DNA from: Nitrospinaceae bacterium
Lineage (GTDB): Bacteria > Nitrospinota > Nitrospinia > Nitrospinales > Nitrospinaceae
Direction of reading: 5' to 3'
Length of the DNA: 64,000 bases
Assembly: GCA_965237905.1 (NCBI GenBank)
Contig: OZ250172.1
Span: forward strand, 2,688,001-2,752,000
The notes beneath the pieces were generated by a model that saw nothing but the letters and a program-made list of their open reading frames with translations, made no database searches and was not told the DNA's origin. Shown piece after piece: positions 38,118-48,872 of the stretch. The translations under genes and the position numbers were made by a program. Positions within the stretch are counted from its first letter, which is position 1. Each line of letters starts with the position of its first letter.

Positions 38118-39581
38118 TTATTTTTTATTAAGAGCCCGGCGATACAGGCGAACATACTCCTTTGCCGCCTTATCCCAGCTGAAATCCTGCTTCATCCCGT
38201 TCAACATCAGGCTCCGCCAGACTTTTTTCTTGGGATATAAGGCCAATGCCTTTTGCAACAGAAGGACCCATTCGTCGGCCTCTTTAGGTTTGAACAGAAA
38301 ACCGGTGCCCTTGTTTTTTCCGGATTGAAAGGCCTTGACCGTATCCGCCAGACCCCCGACCCGGCGCACCACCGGCACTGTCCCGTAGCGGAGGGCATAC
38401 ATCTGGGTCAGGCCGCAGGGTTCGTACAGCGAGGGCATTAATAACAAATCGCTTCCTGCGATGATTTGATGCGCCAGCTTTTCGTCGAATCCCTGTATAT
38501 AACGGAACCGCTCCGGATAAATTTGGTTCTGCTCATTAAGAAATGTTTCGTAACGGTCATCGCCCGATGCCAGGATCACCAGGGCGGCGTCTTGTACCAT
38601 GAGTTCCGCGAAACTCTGAACCAGCAGGTCGATTCCTTTCTGCGGCGTCAGGCGAGTCACCATGCAGAGCAAAGGCGTTTGTTCCGTCAGCTTGAGGGGC
38701 AGTTTTCGCGCCAGACTTTTTTTGCACTCCTGTTTTCCCTTGAGCGATTTGGGACTGTACCGGGTTTTAATGTTGGAATCTGTTTTCGGATCCCATTCCC
38801 CATAGTCGGCTCCATTTAAAATACCGGATAGCTTACTCCGGTAGTGGTTCAACACGCCGTCCATATGAAACCCGTTTTCAGGGGTCAGGATTTCTTTGCT
38901 GTAAGTTTTGCTGACGGTCGTCAGTCTGTCCGCGTAAACCAGCCCTGCTTTCAGGAAGCTGAAAAAACCGTAAAACTCGATGCCTTCCGGTGAGAACACT
39001 TTCCAGGGCAGATGCGCCAGGGGTAAATACATTGCGTCAAAGTTTCCCTGGTAGCCCAGGTTATGAATGGAAAAAACCGAGCGGGTGTTTTTAAAAAACG
39101 GATCGCCGGCGAAAGTGGTTTTCAGGTAACAGGGGATCAAGCCAGTTTGCCAGTCGTTGCAATGGATAATGTCCGGTTGAAAGTTGAGGGCTTTACAGGT
39201 TTCCAGTATCGCCCGGTCAAAGAAAATAAAACGCTCTGCGTTGTCGGGAAATTCACCCTCTTCATCCCCGTAGAATCCCTCCCGATCAAAATAGTCGTCT
39301 TGTCCGACAAAATAGACGGGCACCGTGCGATTCAGCCGGCCTTCATGCAATTCGCCGGATTTCACTTTCGGCCCGATAGGAACGGTAACCGTCAACTTCA
39401 TCGGTTTGATGGAACGATTGGCTTGTTCCACACACCGGTATTTTGGGAGCATCACCCGGACATCATGGCCCTGTTGTTTCAGCGCAAGAGGCAGGGCACT
39501 CGACACGTCTCCCAGACCGCCGGTTTTAGCGAACGGGTATACCTCAGGAGAAGCAAACAGTATGTTTAAAGGACGAGCCAT
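38118..39581 (-). CDS. glgA: Glycogen synthase
   Basis: KTGGLGDV, HCNDWQ, SIHNLGYQG and EPCGLTQ. Confidence 0.95.
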   Translation of the reverse strand: MARPLNILFASPEVYPFAKTGGLGDVSSALPLALKQQGHDVRVMLPKYRCVEQANRSIKPMKLTVTVPIGPKVKSGELHEGRLNRTVPVYFVGQDDYFDREGFYGDEEGEFPDNAERFIFFDRAILETCKALNFQPDIIHCNDWQTGLIPCYLKTTFAGDPFFKNTRSVFSIHNLGYQGNFDAMYLPLAHLPWKVFSPEGIEFYGFFSFLKAGLVYADRLTTVSKTYSKEILTPENGFHMDGVLNHYRSKLSGILNGADYGEWDPKTDSNIKTRYSPKSLKGKQECKKSLARKLPLKLTEQTPLLCMVTRLTPQKGIDLLVQSFAELMVQDAALVILASGDDRYETFLNEQNQIYPERFRYIQGFDEKLAHQIIAGSDLLLMPSLYEPCGLTQMYALRYGTVPVVRRVGGLADTVKAFQSGKNKGTGFLFKPKEADEWVLLLQKALALYPKKKVWRSLMLNGMKQDFSWDKAAKEYVRLYRRALNKK

Positions 39582-39864
39582 TTTTGGGCTGGGGCGAAAC
39601 GGTGGACTTCATTCTGTGCCGTTTCGTGCGATCAAAGTTTGAGGTGAAAACCGGTTCATCCCAGACTCTATGATACAGTGGTCCGGGATGAGCAGGAATT
39701 CCAGATTGCAGATACTAAGGAATGGTTGCCCAAATGTCAATTTAAGCGGTATATAATCCTGACGGACATGATTAAAAACCGTTGATCCGGGTCAGTTCCG
39801 AATCTATAATTGGAATCGAATAGACCATTTAAAACATCAGGTTTCTGAAGAGGCTTTTTGAGAT

Positions 39865-41076
39865 ATGACCCACCCTTTGGAAGGAAAAAAGGTTGTGCTC
39901 GGCGTGTCCGGCGGCATCGCGGCTTACAAGGCGGTGGAGCTTTCGCGTCTGCTGGTGAAAGAGGGCGCACAGGTGTATGTGGTGATGACAGAGAATGCAA
40001 AACAGTTCGTCACTCCGCTCACCTTTGAAGCGCTGTCGGGCCATCCGGTGTACCACGAAATATTCGGGAGCGAGGCTTCCGCCTCGATGGAGCACATCCG
40101 TGCGGCGGAGAATGCCGATCTAATGATCGTCGCACCCGCTACCGCCAATTCCCTTGGAAAAATGGCGCATGGCCTGGCGGACGATCCGTTGTCGACCCTG
40201 TTCTCGGCGTTTGCCGGTCCGGTTCTGGTCGCCCCGGCGATGAACGACAAGATGTGGGACAATCCCGCCGTTCAGGAAAATATTCGCACCCTCAGGAAGC
40301 GCGGAGTGGGAATCGTCGATCCGGAAGCGGGAGAATTGGCTTGCGGCACGGTGGGGCTGGGCCGACTCGCGGAACCGGAGCGCCTGTTTGAAGCGGTCCG
40401 CAAATGCCTGCTCCGCCAAAGCGATCTGGCGGGTCTGCGTGTTTTAGTAACCGCTGGGCCGACCCAGGAGCCGCTCGATCCGGTGCGCTTCATCACCAAC
40501 CGGTCCTCGGGAAAAATGGGATACGCTATCGCCCGCCAGGCACGGAGCCGTGGCGCGGAAGTGACGCTTGTCAGCGGACCGACTCATCTGGAGCCACCTT
40601 TCGGAGTGACCCTGTTGAATTGTCAGAGGACCGGGGAGATGGCTGGCTTGGTTCTCGATCATCTGCCGCAGTGTGACGTGTTGATCATGACTGCCGCCGT
40701 GGGTGATTTCGCGCCGGAGTCCGTCCAAAAGGAAAAAATCAAAAAGAGTGGAGAGGAGCCTCTCATCCTTAACCTTCACCCCACCCAGGATATTTTGAAA
40801 GAGGTGGCGGAAAAGAAATCCAAGCAGTTGATTGTCGGGTTTGCCGCAGAAAGCGAAAATATTGTGCAGAGCGCCACCGAAAAACTGCAACGCAAACAGC
40901 TCGATTTGATCGTCGCCAACGACATCAGCGCACCGGGCATAGGATTTCAATCCGATAATAACCAGGTGGTCCTCATCGACCGCAACGCCAAGGTCGAATC
41001 GCTTCCGCTTCTTACCAAAACGGAAATCGCCGATATTCTACTCGACCGCATCCTCGGGCAACTCAACGAACGATAG
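39865..41076 (+). CDS. coaBC: Phosphopantothenoylcysteine decarboxylase/ligase
   Basis: GGIAAYK, PAMN, LACG, TAGPT and NRSSGKMG. Confidence 0.96.
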   Translation: MTHPLEGKKVVLGVSGGIAAYKAVELSRLLVKEGAQVYVVMTENAKQFVTPLTFEALSGHPVYHEIFGSEASASMEHIRAAENADLMIVAPATANSLGKMAHGLADDPLSTLFSAFAGPVLVAPAMNDKMWDNPAVQENIRTLRKRGVGIVDPEAGELACGTVGLGRLAEPERLFEAVRKCLLRQSDLAGLRVLVTAGPTQEPLDPVRFITNRSSGKMGYAIARQARSRGAEVTLVSGPTHLEPPFGVTLLNCQRTGEMAGLVLDHLPQCDVLIMTAAVGDFAPESVQKEKIKKSGEEPLILNLHPTQDILKEVAEKKSKQLIVGFAAESENIVQSATEKLQRKQLDLIVANDISAPGIGFQSDNNQVVLIDRNAKVESLPLLTKTEIADILLDRILGQLNER

Positions 41077-41087
41077 ATATTTTCGGA

Positions 41088-41933
41088 TTATTTTTTGGAA
41101 GGTTTGAGAGCATCGGCCGCACACCGGAAGCCGACGGTCTTGCTTCGCGCTTTCGGGACCGTTGCGTTGCGGTAGGGGAGACGGACATCTTCGGCGTTGT
41201 TTTTCCAGTTTCCACCGCGAATGACTTTATAGTGGCCCTTTTCCGGTCCGGGCGGGTTTTCCTTGGGCGAGAACAGATAATATTCTGGAAAGTGCCAGTC
41301 CTTAACCCATTCGGAAGCATTGCCGGATAAATCGAATATACCGTAGTCCGATTTCCCTGTTGGGTAGGATCCTACCGGAGAGGTTTTACCGACGTAGTTG
41401 TTGAAATTGAGCCGGGTTTTGTCCGGTTCCTCGTTTCCCCAGGGATACTTGACCGGACGTTTGCCGCGTGCGGCCTTTTCCCATTCCGCTTCCGTAGGCA
41501 GACGTTTGTTTTTCCACTGGCAGAAAGCCCGTGCTTCTTTCCAGGTGATCCCCACTACCGGTTGAGTGGGCTGATTGAAGTTGGAGTCTTCCCAGTAACG
41601 CGGTAGTGTTGTCGTACGGGTCACTTCTAAATATTTTTTATATTCCGCGTTAGCCACTTCATAAAGGTCTATGTAATAGGCGTCGAGTATCACCTCGTGA
41701 GCGGGGTCTTCCGGTCCCAGCATATGCCGGTCCGCCTGAAAAATGGAAACCGGGTCCAGCTCCCTCAACGATTTCCGGCTCCCCATCTCAAAAGAGCCTT
41801 GTGGAATGAGAACCATTCCTGAATAAGAGGGGGGGGCTACTTTTTTTTGAGGGGTTCCCCAGGCTCCACTTGCCAGAGCAAGTGACAGGATCGTGGATAA
41901 CATGATGATTCTAAAAATCATAAGCCGTAACAA
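41088..41933 (-). CDS. FGE-sulfatase (SUMF1/EgtB/PvdO) domain secreted protein
   Basis: FEMGS, RLPTEAEWEKAARG, DLSGNASEW, RGGNW and GFRC. Confidence 0.88.
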   Translation of the reverse strand: MLRLMIFRIIMLSTILSLALASGAWGTPQKKVAPPSYSGMVLIPQGSFEMGSRKSLRELDPVSIFQADRHMLGPEDPAHEVILDAYYIDLYEVANAEYKKYLEVTRTTTLPRYWEDSNFNQPTQPVVGITWKEARAFCQWKNKRLPTEAEWEKAARGKRPVKYPWGNEEPDKTRLNFNNYVGKTSPVGSYPTGKSDYGIFDLSGNASEWVKDWHFPEYYLFSPKENPPGPEKGHYKVIRGGNWKNNAEDVRLPYRNATVPKARSKTVGFRCAADALKPSKK

Positions 41934-42104
41934 TTTGATTACACTAACCTAAATGGTTAACCGATGGATAAAAGTTCTCAAGAGGTTGTACGTTGACAGC
42001 CTAAGTTAATCATAATAGAATTTCAATATACATCTTAATTTGTTTTTTCAGCAGACCCTGGCCTGCACCGCACGCGCCAAGGCATTGTTTAAGGTCGATT
42101 CAAT

Positions 42105-42506
42105 ATGGATAAGCCAAAAAAAGAGCCCATTGCGTTACGCCATCAGCAGGAACAGAAGCTGTGCCTGAACTGTGGTTTTCCCAACCGGCCTTCCGACACG
42201 CGTTGCATGTACTGTAACGCCAGTGTTTCGGAAGATAAGGGCCTGATTGCCTGGCTTCGCCAAACCTATTATGTTTTGCGCTGGCGTTGGCAACTCAAGC
42301 ATAAGCGTGAAAATATCGATCACCAACCTCGCAAAAAGGTTTACCGTTTCTTCGGTTACTTTATGGTTGGCCTGGTTTTAACCCTGGCAGGGGCCTATTT
42401 CTTTATCACCTCGCTGGCTGAGAACAGTTTTACCAGCGGTTTGATCGCCACACTCCTTCTATTGTACGGATTCTTTACCTTTAAATCCCTATTCTCCCAA
42501 AAATAG
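42105..42506 (+). CDS. Hypothetical Zn-ribbon membrane protein
   Basis: CLNC..CMYC and two C-terminal TM helices. Confidence 0.65.
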   Translation: MDKPKKEPIALRHQQEQKLCLNCGFPNRPSDTRCMYCNASVSEDKGLIAWLRQTYYVLRWRWQLKHKRENIDHQPRKKVYRFFGYFMVGLVLTLAGAYFFITSLAENSFTSGLIATLLLLYGFFTFKSLFSQK

Positions 42507-42653
42507 AGTACTTCTTAGACCACTCATCGCGGAATTTCTGCAACGATCCTATCGGCTCTACGGTCGGGATACAAAGTCCTGAAATCTGTTATCATTTAAA
42601 GAGATGTATCTTTGGCGCGTAGGAAGGCATCTTAATTGCGAGGATTATGAAGA

Positions 42654-45146
42654 ATGTCTGAAACGAACACAATTAAAGGCCGACATATTACCCTCCCAGT
42701 GAAAGGGATGAGTTGCGCCAGTTGCGCCTCCCGTATTGAAAAAAAGGTCGGGGAGCTGGATGGCGTCGACCAGGCCGGCGTCAATTTCGGCGCTGAATCC
42801 GTTACCGTGGACTTTGACCCTGACCGTATCTCCTCAGAATCAATTATACAAACTATTGAAAAAATTGGATTTAGTATCCCAACGGTGAAGAGGACCTTGC
42901 CCGTGGAAGGCATGACCTGTGCCTCCTGTGTCTCCCGCGTCGAAAAAAAACTACGAAGCCTGGAGGGGGTGACGGATGCGCAGGTCAACCTCGCCAACGA
43001 GCGCGCCACGGTCGAATACTTGGAGTCCCATCTGGAGATGAAGGACTTCCAGGATGCCCTGGAGCAAATCGGTTTTCACGTGCCTCAAGAGGAAATTGAG
43101 AACCTGTCCAACCGGGATCTGGAGCAAGAGCGGCACCGGCAGGAAACCCGGCTATTGACCCTTAAATTGGTTTTCAGCGGCTTTGCCGGGGCCCTTATCA
43201 TGGCTGGAAGCATGCGGGATACGCTGGGATTTCTCCCGGCGTGGGAGTCTGAGACCTATCATTTTCTGTTTTTTCTATTAGCCACTCCGGTTCAATTTTG
43301 GGGCGGTTGGCAATTTTACAGGGGCACGTGGACGGGCCTCAAGCACGGTTACGCCGACATGAACACCTTGATCGCCGTTGGGACCTCGGTGGCTTATGCC
43401 TACAGCGTGTTCGCTACATTTTTCCCATCGGCTCTCAAAACGTTCGGGCCGGAAGTCCTGGTGTATTACGACACCTCGGCCATGATCATCACCCTTGTGT
43501 TGATGGGCCGCCTGCTGGAAGCCCGGGCCAAGGGCCGGGCCTCGGACGCCATTAAAAAACTGATCGGCCTGCAACCCAAAACCGCACGCGTCGAACGCGA
43601 AGGCAGAGAACTCGATATTCCGGTGGAACAGGTTGTTCAAGATGATATCCTCCTCGTCCGGCCGGGAGAGAAAATCCCCGTGGACGGTGTTCTTGTGGAG
43701 TGGCCGACCACGATTGACGAGTCGATGATCACTGGAGAAAGCATCCCCGTCGAAAAACAGGTCGGGGACCCCGTTATCGGCGCCAGCCTCAACAAAACCG
43801 GATATTTTAAAATGAGAGCCACCCGCCTGGGGAAAGATTCGGTGCTGGCGCACATCATCAAGATGGTGGAAGAGGCTCAGGGATCGAAAGCTCCGGTTCA
43901 ACGATTGGCAGATCAAGTGGCGGGGATTTTCGTTCCCACGGTGATCGGCCTCGCGAGCCTCGCGTTTATTATCTGGTGGGTTTGGGGCTCCTCACTGGCC
44001 GCGCTTCCGACGGACCCGTTTTTGTTTGCGATGATGATCTTTATTTCTGTGATGATCATCGCTTGCCCCTGCGCGCTGGGTTTGGCGACACCCACTGCGA
44101 TCATGGTGGGAACCGGGCGGGGGGCGGAGTTGGGCGTTTTGATCAAAGGCGGGGAAATCCTCGAACAGGCGCAGAGGATCGATACGGTCGTGTTCGATAA
44201 AACCGGAACGCTTACCTTGGGCCAGCCGGAGGTGACGGATATCGCCATTCCCCCCGACCAGGACATGAACGATATTGAATTGCTATCCTTGGCCGCTTCG
44301 CTGGAAAAGGGATCGGAACATCCGCTGGGCGAGGCGGTGGTGGCCGCCGCGAAAAAGCGCGATATCCTTTTGGCACCCATGGAGGATTTCAGGGCGCTCC
44401 CCGGTTTCGGTGCGCAGGCGCGCGTGGATGGTCATGATGTGGTTTTGGGCAACCGCAAGCTGATGGAAGGGAAAGGCCTGGATCTTTCCGCCGTCGAAAC
44501 CGAACTGGAAGTATGGACCCGTGAGGGCAAAACTCCCATGCTGGTTCAGGTGGATGGACGTCTGGGGGGTATGATCGCCGCCGCCGATCAGATCAAACCT
44601 CACGCCATAGAAGCCGTGGCGCGGCTGAAAAAAAAGGGGATGAAGGTGATTATGATTACCGGAGATCATGCTCTGACCGCCCGCGCTGTGGCTGATGTCC
44701 TGGGTATCGATGAAGTTCTCGCCGAGGTGCTTCCCGGTGACAAGGCGAATGAGGTGAGACAATTGATGGATCAGGGACGCTTCGTCGCCATGGTGGGAGA
44801 CGGCATCAATGATGCCCCGGCACTGGCGCAGGCGCATATCGGGATCGCCATGGGGTCGGGTACCGATGTTGCCATGGAAACCTCGGACATCACTCTCATG
44901 TCCCGGAACCTGAACGCCGTGGTCGATGCCATTGACCTCAGCCGGTCGACCCTGCGGAAAATCAAGCAGAACCTGTTCTGGGCGTTCTTCTATAACATTC
45001 TGGGCATCCCCATCGCCGCCGGAATACTTTATCCAGCGTACGGCATTCTTCTAAAACCTTTGTTTGCCGCGGCGGCCATGTCGTTCAGTTCCGTTTCCGT
45101 GGTCAGTAATTCCCTTCTGCTGAAACGGTTTAAACCTTCCCGCTAG
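42654..45146 (+). CDS. copA: Cu(I)-translocating P1B-type ATPase
   Basis: Two CASC HMA domains, TGES, CPC, DKTGT, GDGIND, YN and MxxSS. Confidence 0.93.
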   Translation: MSETNTIKGRHITLPVKGMSCASCASRIEKKVGELDGVDQAGVNFGAESVTVDFDPDRISSESIIQTIEKIGFSIPTVKRTLPVEGMTCASCVSRVEKKLRSLEGVTDAQVNLANERATVEYLESHLEMKDFQDALEQIGFHVPQEEIENLSNRDLEQERHRQETRLLTLKLVFSGFAGALIMAGSMRDTLGFLPAWESETYHFLFFLLATPVQFWGGWQFYRGTWTGLKHGYADMNTLIAVGTSVAYAYSVFATFFPSALKTFGPEVLVYYDTSAMIITLVLMGRLLEARAKGRASDAIKKLIGLQPKTARVEREGRELDIPVEQVVQDDILLVRPGEKIPVDGVLVEWPTTIDESMITGESIPVEKQVGDPVIGASLNKTGYFKMRATRLGKDSVLAHIIKMVEEAQGSKAPVQRLADQVAGIFVPTVIGLASLAFIIWWVWGSSLAALPTDPFLFAMMIFISVMIIACPCALGLATPTAIMVGTGRGAELGVLIKGGEILEQAQRIDTVVFDKTGTLTLGQPEVTDIAIPPDQDMNDIELLSLAASLEKGSEHPLGEAVVAAAKKRDILLAPMEDFRALPGFGAQARVDGHDVVLGNRKLMEGKGLDLSAVETELEVWTREGKTPMLVQVDGRLGGMIAAADQIKPHAIEAVARLKKKGMKVIMITGDHALTARAVADVLGIDEVLAEVLPGDKANEVRQLMDQGRFVAMVGDGINDAPALAQAHIGIAMGSGTDVAMETSDITLMSRNLNAVVDAIDLSRSTLRKIKQNLFWAFFYNILGIPIAAGILYPAYGILLKPLFAAAAMSFSSVSVVSNSLLLKRFKPSR

Positions 45147-45189
45147 TCGGCCCGATAACCGGATGATTTACCTTGAAGAGTAGGAGTCG

Positions 45190-46197
45190 CTACTTGAGAG
45201 TGAATTGCGGTTGCTTGCGAAAGCTTTTGCTGTAACGGAACGATCCATCCTCCAGCACCAGCATCGCTTCGACATTTGCCATGGAATCGACCCATTCGAT
45301 TCCCTTGTCTGGCCCCATGACGAAAACGGCGGTCGCCAGAGCATCGGCGTCCATGACTTCCGTGGTGGTGACGGTCGCGGAGATCATCAAACGCGCGGGC
45401 CTTCCGGTTTGTGGATCGAAGATGTGATGGTAGCGTACGCCGTCTTTGATGAAATACCGTTGGTAATCGCCGGAGGTGGCGACGGCCTGGTTTTTTACGG
45501 CGAAAGCCGCCAGCAGTTCCTGCGGTTTGCGTGGATGCTGGAGACCGATGTTCCAGGAGGTCTGCTTGTTTTTTTGACCGAAGGCAAACAGGTCTCCCCC
45601 GGCGTTGACGATGCCGTTCGATATCCTGCCACGTAATATGGAGATGGCGCGATCGACCGCGTAGCCTTTGGCCAGTCCACCGACGTTGATGGCCATGCCG
45701 CGCAGCTTCAGTCGCACGGTGTGATCCTTTATTTCAATATTCTTGTAATTGACCAGGGAGGCTGTTTTGCGAATGGTATTATCAGCGGGAATGATTTCCT
45801 TCTCTCCGTCAAAATCCCATAGCTGCACCAGAGGTTCAACGGTAATGTCGAACGCTCCGCCGGACTGCTCGGACCAATAGATGCCTTCCCGAATCACTTC
45901 TTCCACTTCGCAGGATACGGGGATGGCCTCTTTGCCTGCGGCACGGTTGATGCGGGAGATTTCCGAATCGGGGAGATAGGTACTCATCAATTGTTCGATG
46001 CGTGTCATCTCGTCAAAGGCCTGGGTGGTGACGGTTTGGATAATATCCGGGTCGGAATGGGAAACGGTGATTTCCACCAGCGTTCCCATGATGAACTGCG
46101 TGCGGCGAGTGGGTTGTTTGTCAGCGCCATCGCAGGCGTTGAGGACGATCCCCAGCCACAAGAATACGGCGATTGATTTAAAGGAGAGGCGTTTCAT
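45190..46197 (-). CDS. apbE: FAD:protein FMN transferase
   Basis: MGT, FDITV, GGLAKGY, ATSGDY, HHIFDP and ADALAT. Confidence 0.93.
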   Translation of the reverse strand: MKRLSFKSIAVFLWLGIVLNACDGADKQPTRRTQFIMGTLVEITVSHSDPDIIQTVTTQAFDEMTRIEQLMSTYLPDSEISRINRAAGKEAIPVSCEVEEVIREGIYWSEQSGGAFDITVEPLVQLWDFDGEKEIIPADNTIRKTASLVNYKNIEIKDHTVRLKLRGMAINVGGLAKGYAVDRAISILRGRISNGIVNAGGDLFAFGQKNKQTSWNIGLQHPRKPQELLAAFAVKNQAVATSGDYQRYFIKDGVRYHHIFDPQTGRPARLMISATVTTTEVMDADALATAVFVMGPDKGIEWVDSMANVEAMLVLEDGSFRYSKSFRKQPQFTLK

Positions 46198-46200
46198 TTC

Positions 46201-47952
46201 TCAGGTTTTCAGTTCGTTGACGAGGATTTCGCGGTTGTACACTGCCTGAACGTCGGACCGGCGGAGCAGGCCGATCACTTTTTTGGAATCGCCGACTTTC
46301 ACCACCGGCATTTGTTCGACATCCAACTCGGAAAACTTTGCCAAGGCTTCGTTCAGGTTGTGATTGGGTTTTAAAGTCACCACATCGGATGTGGCAAGGT
46401 CGCGGGCGAGGGCGGTTTCTTCCATGCCTTCTTTTTGGGCGGCGTCACGGATATCTGAAAACGAAATGATTCCTACCATATCTCCCTCCCGGTTCACCAC
46501 TGGATAATACAGATGACGTGAATAGGATACGATTTCCAGAATTTTTTTGAAAGGCATTTCCTCGGGAATGGTGACAACTTCTTGCGTCATCACGTCGCGA
46601 ACGAACATGCTACTCAAGATAGATATGGCCTTACCGTGTTGGATGTTGATGCCCCGATTGAGCAAGGACTGAACGTAAATGGAATTTTTTGTGAAGCGCC
46701 GCATCGTGTAAGTGGCGACAATACAACAAACCATGCTAGGAAGAACGATGGTGTAGTCCTGGGTCATTTCAAACAGGATGAGAATACTGGTCAAGGGAGC
46801 TTGCATCACCGCACTGGCCAGAGCGGTCATGCCTACCAGTGCATAGGTTTCACTGGACGCGGTCCAGTCGGGAAGCATTCCGTGAACCGCGGCTCCGAAG
46901 GTAGCGCCGACCATGGCACCAATGAACAGGGAAGGCGCAAAGGTTCCGCCAATGCCACCGGAACCGAGGGTCACGGCGGTGGCGATGATTTTGGTGAAAA
47001 TCAAGGCCAGCGCCATGCCCCAGAACAAGTTGCCGTTCAGGACCTGCTCCATCTCCGGGAACCCGTTGCCCTGTATCTGGGGAGTGAGTAATGCCAAAAG
47101 TCCGACGACCAATCCCCCGAGGGCCGGCTTGAGAATGATTGAAATGTTGACCTGTTCGTCGAAAAACTTCTGGCTTCGATAGTAGGCCTGTGTGAACAGA
47201 TGCGCTGTGATTCCGCACAGGATTCCGAGAAGGAGGTAAAAGAATATTTCTGAAGGATTGACCACCTCATGTATCGGGGTCTGGAAGGTCATCTTGTCAC
47301 CTTCGAGGGCATGTCCCGTCACCGTTCCCATAACCGAGGCGATAATGATAGGGCTGAGGGAATAGATGGTGAATTCGCCGAGAATGATTTCCATCACGAA
47401 GATCATTCCCGCCAAAGGCGCGTTGAAAGTTGCCGCGATGCCCGCCGCGGCACCGCACCCGACCATGATCCGGATGCGTTCATTCGAAAGCTTCATCCAC
47501 TGACCGAACACCGAACCGATCACGGAGCAAATTTGCACCGTGGGTCCGACTCTTCCGGCTGATCCCCCGGACCCGATAGTGATGGAAGAGGTGAGAGCGC
47601 AGACGGACAACGTCCGCTTGCGTATTTTTCCGTTTTTCAGCACGACCGCTTCCATGACGCGGTCGACGCCATTCTCCGCAACGGCTTCCGGAAAATAACG
47701 GCGCGCGAGGCCGATCACCAAACCTCCCAGCATCGGCATGAAGGGCATCAGGACCATCACCAACCCGGCGGAGAGTCCCATCAACAGACCCTCCCCGGAA
47801 AATACCCGTGCAAAAAAATCGATCATCCACCGGAACACGGTGGAGGCGGCGCCGGCGAGAATTCCAATTACTGCGGCCAGGATGAGCAGGTGATATTCCT
47901 TGCCAAAAAAACTTTTGATTCCTGTTGGTATTGCGTCGGTTGGCTCGTTCAT
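46201..47952 (-). CDS. CLC family anion transporter/channel with tandem CBS domains
   Basis: GSGGSAGRVGP, ATFNAP and GGTFAP, with a C-terminal CBS pair. Confidence 0.92.
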   Translation of the reverse strand: MNEPTDAIPTGIKSFFGKEYHLLILAAVIGILAGAASTVFRWMIDFFARVFSGEGLLMGLSAGLVMVLMPFMPMLGGLVIGLARRYFPEAVAENGVDRVMEAVVLKNGKIRKRTLSVCALTSSITIGSGGSAGRVGPTVQICSVIGSVFGQWMKLSNERIRIMVGCGAAAGIAATFNAPLAGMIFVMEIILGEFTIYSLSPIIIASVMGTVTGHALEGDKMTFQTPIHEVVNPSEIFFYLLLGILCGITAHLFTQAYYRSQKFFDEQVNISIILKPALGGLVVGLLALLTPQIQGNGFPEMEQVLNGNLFWGMALALIFTKIIATAVTLGSGGIGGTFAPSLFIGAMVGATFGAAVHGMLPDWTASSETYALVGMTALASAVMQAPLTSILILFEMTQDYTIVLPSMVCCIVATYTMRRFTKNSIYVQSLLNRGINIQHGKAISILSSMFVRDVMTQEVVTIPEEMPFKKILEIVSYSRHLYYPVVNREGDMVGIISFSDIRDAAQKEGMEETALARDLATSDVVTLKPNHNLNEALAKFSELDVEQMPVVKVGDSKKVIGLLRRSDVQAVYNREILVNELKT

Positions 47953-48082
47953 CGGTTCCGGGGAAGGGGTTCAGTAACCATTTCATTATAAAGGGTGTGA
48001 GAGACCCTGACCAGCGGAGGGACAAAAGAATTTTTTCAGAGAGGCATGCCAGACGATTGCCTGCCGATGATCGTTATGATAT

Positions 48083-48109
48083 GCTCGTCACCGCTCGTCA
48101 CCGCTCGTT
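48083..48109. repeat. Short 10-bp tandem repeat
   Basis: GCTCGTCACC GCTCGTCACC GCTCGTT. Confidence 0.7.
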
Positions 48110-48208
48110 AAGAAATGAGGGCACCCATCCTTTGGCTTTTTAGATTTTCGTCCCTCCGAAAGCCGGATGACCCCGGAACATTCAAAATTATTGTTAAGAG
48201 GAGACTCA

Positions 48209-48856
48209 ATGGTCAAGATTGCGCCTTCGATTTTATCAGCCGACTTCAGTCGGCTGGGAGAAGAAGTGAAAGCCGTGGAAGAAGCGGGAGCGGACTGGAT
48301 TCACGTGGATGTGATGGACGGGAAGTTTGTTCCCAATATCACCGTCGGTCCGCTGGTTGTCGAATCCTTGCGCAAAGTGACGAAGCTTCCCCTCGACGTG
48401 CATCTGATGATCGAGAACGCGGATCAATATATAGAAGATTTTGCCAACGCGGGTGCGGATATCATTTCCGTTCATGCCGAGGCCTGCCCGCACCTGCACC
48501 GCACCATCCAGAGCATCAAGGAAAACGGCGCCAAGGCGGGGGTGGTGTTGAACCCTGCGACGACCCTGTTCGCCCTCGATGAAATCATCGAACAGGTCGA
48601 CATGGTGCTGTTGATGTCAGTCAACCCCGGGTTCGGGGGTCAGACGTTCATCGGCTCCGTACTCAGCAAAATCGAACTGCTTCGCAATACCCTGAATAAA
48701 TCCGGTGTGGAGTTGGATGTGGAAGTGGATGGCGGGGTGAAGCCGGACAATGCAGCGACCATCAAACAAGCCGGGGCCAACGTGTTGGTGGCCGGATCCG
48801 CGATCTTCGGTAGTGATGATTATAAAAAAGCGATAGAGGATCTTCGGAACGCTTGA
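48209..48856 (+). CDS. rpe: Ribulose-phosphate 3-epimerase
   Basis: [32 protein letters not shown] and VDGG. Confidence 0.96.
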   Translation: MVKIAPSILSADFSRLGEEVKAVEEAGADWIHVDVMDGKFVPNITVGPLVVESLRKVTKLPLDVHLMIENADQYIEDFANAGADIISVHAEACPHLHRTIQSIKENGAKAGVVLNPATTLFALDEIIEQVDMVLLMSVNPGFGGQTFIGSVLSKIELLRNTLNKSGVELDVEVDGGVKPDNAATIKQAGANVLVAGSAIFGSDDYKKAIEDLRNA

Positions 48857-48872
48857 GGGGGAACTCTGAGGG

